From Pseudomonadota bacterium (GTDB taxonomy: Bacteria > Bdellovibrionota_C > UBA2361 > OMII01): a stretch of 64,000 bases of DNA. The DNA is taken from positions 1 through 64,000 of the forward strand of contig JAYPVM010000007.1 of the NCBI GenBank assembly GCA_038134595.1, read 5' to 3'. Made by a program: the position numbers and the translations under genes. The notes below the pieces were generated by a model, which saw only the letters and a program-made list of their open reading frames with translations, was not told where the DNA came from and searched no databases. Each line of letters starts with the position of its first letter. The first letter of the stretch is position 1. Positions 58,865 to 64,000 of this stretch are shown in pieces.

Positions 58865-59929
58865 CTATCTGCCCTCCGAAGATGTTTTGGACTCAATAGA
58901 AAACCACATTCGTATTGCTAACATCAGTCCAGCCACAGCAGCACCAAAACGAATCGCGCGAAACACCGCGCTGTTCGGAACCTCCAGAAGCCACTGCCGT
59001 AATGCGGGCATATCCTCGTATATCCACTTACCAAATGAGATCTGCCCCAGCATTACCACCAAAGCCGCTACCATCATTAACGTAGATTCCATACTCCGCA
59101 CACGAAAAGCTCGAAAGGCAGCAGCCGCAATATACACCCCAAGGAGCGCAAACATGGCGGCTCCAAGATTCTCAAAAATCCCCGAGTATAAAACCGTATA
59201 CATTTGAGGAATCAATCCTTGCTCAGCATCTCTTCTCCGAATCACAGAATACGCAGTAGCATATCCACCGGCATGCTGTGATACTCTCTCCAAAAGCACC
59301 TTGTTACTATCGGAAAGATTCTCCCAAGATACCGTTTCTACTCTATCTAGATCGGCTGCCAACAGAATTTGATTCTTATGCAACTCTTCTCTCAAGGTCA
59401 GACTTTCTTGACTACCGTCTCCGTGACCCTCTATTGAGGCACGTTCGACCTCGCCTAGAACTTCTCTGACATACTTGGTCAACGCATGCACACGAAACTC
59501 AAGCTTCGGCAACTCGCCGGCAGGAGAGAAGCTTTTAGGGTTCTTTACATCCGAGGCATCACTGAGTATCCGATTTGAAAACTCGCCAATTACATATATC
59601 CGCTGAAGCTCACTCGAAACGGCTCTGTTTCGAATCCACTGTGCCGTAGTAACTCCCAGGGTGGAAACAAGGCTCACAAGCAGCACAGCACTAAATGTCC
59701 ATCCTCGACGCTTAAAAACAACGTGCGATCCGTGCCCAATTACCAGATTAATAATACCCAAGCCAATTGCCATCGCCCCAATGACGATGAATCCATTCGA
59801 AATCCCAGGATGCGCATCTTTAATCCCGATGACTTCAAGGGCTGATTCGGGCACGATAAAATGAAAGAAGAAATAAATTCCACCAAGAAAGGTAAAACTT
59901 CTTATGAGTGCTGTCCTACTATCCATCAC
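58865..59929 (-). CDS. Membrane protein of the glmL operon with a large helical insertion
   Basis: Three N-terminal TMs, a soluble segment of about 140 aa, then AMFALLGVYIAAAAFRAFRVRS.E...VMLGQ...RAIRFG. Confidence 0.8.
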   Translation of the reverse strand: MMDSRTALIRSFTFLGGIYFFFHFIVPESALEVIGIKDAHPGISNGFIVIGAMAIGLGIINLVIGHGSHVVFKRRGWTFSAVLLVSLVSTLGVTTAQWIRNRAVSSELQRIYVIGEFSNRILSDASDVKNPKSFSPAGELPKLEFRVHALTKYVREVLGEVERASIEGHGDGSQESLTLREELHKNQILLAADLDRVETVSWENLSDSNKVLLERVSQHAGGYATAYSVIRRRDAEQGLIPQMYTVLYSGIFENLGAAMFALLGVYIAAAAFRAFRVRSMESTLMMVAALVVMLGQISFGKWIYEDMPALRQWLLEVPNSAVFRAIRFGAAVAGLMLAIRMWFSIESKTSSEGR

Positions 59930-59942
59930 CCTCTCTCCGCCG

Positions 59943-60758
59943 CTACCATGTTACAACATCTCCCCATGAGAGAAACAGGAGTGAAACCGGATTTAACCAG
60001 CTAAGCGTCGAATCCCAAGATCCAACTGTAGCACAAACAACTCCGATCAATATAAAAACACAAAACAGAAGCTTCACTCTATCCTGCGCTACTACCGTTG
60101 CAACCTGCACAGGATCTCGACTTAAATAAGCAGAAGCACCAAACAGCTCCTCTCCAATTAATGTGTACTCGCAGGTGCAAATAAAAAATGCCACCTGTTC
60201 TGGACTTACACTGGCCGCAACCTGTCGGGCACCGACTTGCTGTCCTGCTTCTGCCAAGATAAGTGATTCAGCCGCAAAGGCCCCAAATAAAAATGCGGCT
60301 CCCGGTTTTTCTCGATGAATGAGTCCCATATAACCGGAGGCAAATGCAAATTGCTCACTCGATAGAAATTTAATCGTAGAGGGATCAAACAGAGAACCTT
60401 TCCCAACATCTCGATACGCCTGCCTGACAGTATCCTCTACTACTGCCATAACCTCCGGAGAATACTGCGGCACAAGGAGCTTGAGTTTATATTGAGCTGC
60501 AGTCTTTGTAATCGATTCAAGCACCCCCAGACAAGCATACAGGGTTGGTGAGATATCAGTAAGTCCGGTAGAAAACGAAATAGCTCGCCCTTGTTCGGCG
60601 CTCCTTCCAATCGCATCCTCGATAGCATCTATCCCAGGAATCTTTCGTATCTCAAATTTCCTACCGGCTCGCACACTATAGAATGACCAGCAAAAAACAG
60701 CCGAGAGCAACCCAAGTAATACAATGATACCAGGAGTGGCGTGCTCGATACCCGTCAT
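59943..60758 (-). CDS. DUF6754-like membrane protein
   Basis: IRKIPGIDAIEDAIGRSAEQGR, FAAESLILAEAG, YTLIGEELFGASAYLS, QD. Family assignment is from recall, not a search. Confidence 0.72.
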   Translation of the reverse strand: MTGIEHATPGIIVLLGLLSAVFCWSFYSVRAGRKFEIRKIPGIDAIEDAIGRSAEQGRAISFSTGLTDISPTLYACLGVLESITKTAAQYKLKLLVPQYSPEVMAVVEDTVRQAYRDVGKGSLFDPSTIKFLSSEQFAFASGYMGLIHREKPGAAFLFGAFAAESLILAEAGQQVGARQVAASVSPEQVAFFICTCEYTLIGEELFGASAYLSRDPVQVATVVAQDRVKLLFCVFILIGVVCATVGSWDSTLSWLNPVSLLFLSWGDVVTW

Positions 60759-61228
60759 GTATCAACCTCGGACGAATCGATAGACGATTCACGAAATCGC
60801 TCTGCAAAAAAGCGCGCTTGCTCACCAGGGCTAACTGCCGGACCAGTCACTACGGACAGATGTGCCTCCGAAGCCTTGCCTCGTATCGCGTCGTTTGGCC
60901 CGCAATCTCTCAAGGGGCCATCACTCTGCTCCTGTTGGCCTTGCTTGTTAGCTTCGCTATCAGCAGACTCGTCTCGCAAGCACTCTAAGAGCACAATAAG
61001 CCGCTCAACCTCATCCGAGGATTCCAATACCTCTTTTAGCTCTACCATTAATTCTCGGCCACAAAGGGCGATTTGAATAGGAACAGAGCAGGCATACAAT
61101 TGTCGAGCACATCCAACCAATGGCTTGCTCATCTCAAAGAGAAATATCGCAGGAGTAGTAAGCCCTCGTTGATGGATCCTACAAGCCAATGTATATACTG
61201 CATCATCTGTTGTAGAGGATTGCTTCAT
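60755..61228 (-). CDS. Small helical hypothetical protein heading the glmL operon
   Basis: RGLTTPAIFLFEMSKPL...VERLIVLLE. ATGA overlap with the DUF6754-like gene. Start uncertain (61228 or 61303). Confidence 0.6.
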   Translation of the reverse strand: MKQSSTTDDAVYTLACRIHQRGLTTPAIFLFEMSKPLVGCARQLYACSVPIQIALCGRELMVELKEVLESSDEVERLIVLLECLRDESADSEANKQGQQEQSDGPLRDCGPNDAIRGKASEAHLSVVTGPAVSPGEQARFFAERFRESSIDSSEVDT

Positions 61229-61352
61229 TAGTGAGACTTTTTTGTCGCCCAACACTCGGGCATCGTATGAGGCTACACGCACTCCAGTAGTGTCGAACAG
61301 CAAGCTTTTTTGCGCAAGACATCAAGTATTTAGGGATATCGGGCGCGATAAA

Positions 61353-62219
61353 CTATGGTGATATCTGCAAGCTAGCAAGCTCTGCTTCAAGCACATCAAT
61401 CTGCTCAAAGCGCGTTTGCTCTATTAACCTAAGCTTCTCCTCGACGGTGTAACCATCGTCCGCTTCCCGCTCGGATTGCGGCTCAGTTGATACCGATACC
61501 AACGATAGCTCTTGGACCTGTTTCAAAAGCCCCTGCTCCCGAGCTTCCATGTTTCTCGCAAGCGTAGCATCTCTAATCCTATCAGCTAATGTCCGCACAA
61601 GACTCTCATTGTAGGGGCGTTTACTATACGTCACAGCAGACGGCTGTTCTCCAGACCCTTCTCCCGCACCCAAACTCGCAAGGCGCATTAACGATGCTCT
61701 CACGCGAGCATCACGCAGTTGGCGACGTTTCCGATCTCCGCTTTCTGAGTTTTCTGCTTTAATCTTTTGATACTCCCCTTGAAGCTCTACAAACCGTTGT
61801 CGAAGACCGCTGGAATCCATAAAATTAAGCCGAGCGAGGTCGTATGGCACCACCTCGCGATAACGAGAATACACGCTTCCTTCACGGCTAACCGCGAGAA
61901 ACAAAAGTCCAAATTTTTGCCTTACATCAATTACGGAAAACCTGGCTATCGCCATCGTTCCTACTGCATGTTTGACCGGACGCCATGTAGCGGGCACTAC
62001 TGTTAAGTCTCCGTCTTCCCGAACTACCTGTACAAGAACCGCCTGAACATCATCTACGTCAGAAAAAAACTCTTGGACGGTCACCGAGGTGCCCTTGGTA
62101 CCTATTTCCTGGGCAAATACCTCTCGAAAAGAGATACACATAAGCGAACAGAAAAGCCCCGCTAGCAAGCCCCATCCAAGGTGGCTCGCTTTTTTATTGA
62201 AACTGTTGATAAAATTCAT
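61353..62219 (-). CDS. Exported hypothetical protein with a coiled-coil C-terminal half
   Basis: Signal-like N-terminus ending VFA|Q. Overlaps the upstream ORF. Confidence 0.6.
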   Translation of the reverse strand: MNFINSFNKKASHLGWGLLAGLFCSLMCISFREVFAQEIGTKGTSVTVQEFFSDVDDVQAVLVQVVREDGDLTVVPATWRPVKHAVGTMAIARFSVIDVRQKFGLLFLAVSREGSVYSRYREVVPYDLARLNFMDSSGLRQRFVELQGEYQKIKAENSESGDRKRRQLRDARVRASLMRLASLGAGEGSGEQPSAVTYSKRPYNESLVRTLADRIRDATLARNMEAREQGLLKQVQELSLVSVSTEPQSEREADDGYTVEEKLRLIEQTRFEQIDVLEAELASLQISP

Positions 62220-63075
62220 GCTCTCGCTCTATCTCAATTTCACCAGAATCAACTACCAAGAGACCACCTTCGACCTTATGTCGTGTCTGCTCAATAGCTT
62301 CTTGGAGTTCTAATACTCGCTTGGTGCGCGCCCAAGCATCTTGAAAATTACTCGATGTCTCGTATTTACTCTGAGAGATAGCGGAGGTTATCCATACAGA
62401 ATCTCGCGCCAACGACTCCCTTCCAAGCTTTACCAGCCTGCCATAGCGGGTAGAATCACGTAACGCTTCAAAAACCTTCAGCCCAGAGTTTTGATAATCG
62501 TTTGTAGGCATCTCGGTAGCAATTTGGTCGTTGCTTACAGCGTCTCTCTGCACCAAGCTCTCCTCTCGAACATCCTGAGCACCGTCTAAATCCTCACCGA
62601 GAGCTTGAATCTCTTCCATCAGCGAAGCCCACTGCACCAAATCCTGCTTCACCGCTACAGATAGTGGCGCCACCTCAATTCGCTTCAGTGACCATTCTCC
62701 CGTTTGCCCCGTATAGGCCTCATATACTCTTCCAACAAAGCTGTCAGGCGAGCCCACTACTTTACCCGTCAATCGAAATCGCTGCTTCCTACCCTCAAAA
62801 ACAAGCGGCAGTTTCGTTACCCCAGATGGATCGGTGCAACGTACTCGCTGAGCACCAAAATCAGCCGCCCCCACTGATACAGTGAGGAAAACATCATCTT
62901 TTTTTTGCAACACGATCCACGGCAGAGCTGGCTTTCCATCAAGCCGTATATATCCTTGAAAAACTCCTGCAGAAAGAGTCGGAAATACAGCTGAGTACCT
63001 CTTATAGCCCTCCCAAGCGCCCCAGGCACCAAAAGTGAGTACAAGAAAAATTAAAACAATAAAGACTCTTTTCAT
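62194..63075 (-). CDS. Membrane-anchored hypothetical protein
   Basis: MKRVFIVLIFLVLTFGAWGAW N-terminal TM, a beta-rich region, then a helical region. Confidence 0.6.
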   Translation of the reverse strand: MKRVFIVLIFLVLTFGAWGAWEGYKRYSAVFPTLSAGVFQGYIRLDGKPALPWIVLQKKDDVFLTVSVGAADFGAQRVRCTDPSGVTKLPLVFEGRKQRFRLTGKVVGSPDSFVGRVYEAYTGQTGEWSLKRIEVAPLSVAVKQDLVQWASLMEEIQALGEDLDGAQDVREESLVQRDAVSNDQIATEMPTNDYQNSGLKVFEALRDSTRYGRLVKLGRESLARDSVWITSAISQSKYETSSNFQDAWARTKRVLELQEAIEQTRHKVEGGLLVVDSGEIEIEREHEFYQQFQ

Positions 63076-63224
63076 TCAAACCGCCCGCGTCCGGATGAAT
63101 TATACACAATACCTTTTACAAGTGCCATGACGTTACCAATCCCCAAACATTCGGGCTGACATTATCCAGATGCGTCCCTTGCCCAAAGATCCACGCAACA
63201 GAGACAAAACCTTGAAAACCAAAT

Positions 63225-63264
63225 AAAAAACCGCCCCATCCTAAAAACTAGGACGAGGCGGTTT
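63225..63264 (-). terminator. Rho-independent terminator after the porin gene
   Basis: Minus-strand AAACCGCCUCGUCCUAG-UUUU-UAGGAUGGGGCGG-UUUUUU. Confidence 0.85.
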
Positions 63265-63300
63265 CGTTAGCTCTTAGAGCTACAACCGAATCAGTTCGGT

Positions 63301-64000
63301 TTAGAAGTAGCTGCTAAGCTGGAAGACATACCGGTTTGTGGTAAAGTCTTCGCCAGCTATAGAATCATTGCGAGTAAAGTCATACCCCAACTGAGCCTTT
63401 AGGTTGTGACGCCATAGGTAGTAGTTAAGAGTAGCTGAAGCTTCGCTTAGATTGTCGTTGCCAGCACATTGTCCAGCTGCAGTACCGTTATCACAGTCTG
63501 TGTAACCGTAACGAGCAGCAATTTCCATCTTCTTAGGAGTAACGTAGTATCCACCTTGTACGTAGAACCCGCTAGCATCTCCACTGATGTCAGCGTCGTT
63601 ATTCTCATAGAAGTACTCAGCATGTACGCCTAATCCCATATATTTGGCATTAGCGTCGATGTTGATGAGTCCAGACTGGTTGGTGACTCCACCGTTAACC
63701 TTGTCTGAGTATGCGTATGTAGCACCGAACGAAGTAGCAAGCTCTTCAGTCCAGTCGATATCGCCTTCTTCTGATACGTCCATCGATCCAGTTGGATTTA
63801 CACGAACAGAAACGATACCTGTGTGTCGAGTATCAACGCCAGAAGCATTAGCACCCTCACCATCGCTCTCACCGTTGAAGATACCAGCAGAACCAGTAAT
63901 CATTCCATCAGCTAAAGCGCCATACGCCATTACACCGTTTTGTCGTCCTAGAGTGAAGTACTCTGAAACGCCTGAACGATCAACGAACTGCATGGATTGT
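63301..64000 (-). CDS. Outer-membrane beta-barrel porin (phosphate-selective OprO/P-like), 5' end outside the window
   Basis: QFVDRS...GRQNG, GIFNGE, GFYVQGGY, LNYYL..HNLK.Q, amphipathic strands and a C-terminal Phe. The frame is open to the window edge. Confidence 0.75.
   Translation of the reverse strand, partial: QSMQFVDRSGVSEYFTLGRQNGVMAYGALADGMITGSAGIFNGESDGEGANASGVDTRHTGIVSVRVNPTGSMDVSEEGDIDWTEELATSFGATYAYSDKVNGGVTNQSGLINIDANAKYMGLGVHAEYFYENNDADISGDASGFYVQGGYYVTPKKMEIAARYGYTDCDNGTAAGQCAGNDNLSEASATLNYYLWRHNLKAQLGYDFTRNDSIAGEDFTTNRYVFQLSSYF

Noticed and set aside
1..64000. CRISPR array, rRNA/tRNA genes, IS elements, integrase or prophage genes
   Set aside because: No regularly spaced short repeats, cloverleaf or rRNA signatures, or transposase/integrase/capsid motifs were seen by eye. 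A small RNA gene could still have been missed.

Overview
A 64-kb stretch of bacterial chromosome, densely coding, with no rRNA, tRNA, CRISPR array, prophage or recognisable transposase. Gene content suggests a Gram-negative, flagellated, deltaproteobacteria/Bdellovibrionota-like organism; this is inference only. Housekeeping and metabolic genes include psd, dapL, a large NAD-glutamate dehydrogenase, proC, yggX, pgi, pssA, yhhQ, a MacAB-type ABC system and an SLC13/TrkA-C permease. The accessory modules are: (i) an orphan PD-(D/E)XK-like protein; (ii) an 841-bp tandem duplication of a TrbC/VirB2-like pilin gene, with identical coding copies but diverged upstream regions; (iii) an oleA-oleBC-oleD olefin/beta-lactone operon; (iv) fliS followed by four genes, three of them glycosyltransferases, plus a separate small protein resembling only the flagellin C-terminus; (v) a degenerate UvrA-like protein; (vi) a DUF58-transglutaminase-TPR-MoxR operon; (vii) a tightly coupled operon of four membrane proteins, a GlmL/MutL-family ASKHA protein and a hybrid-motif/KOW protein, with no glutamate mutase. 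Module (vii) is the best candidate for an uncharacterised system. All calls come from reading motifs by eye; no database searches were run. Several starts were moved from the ORF track to better RBS-supported codons.
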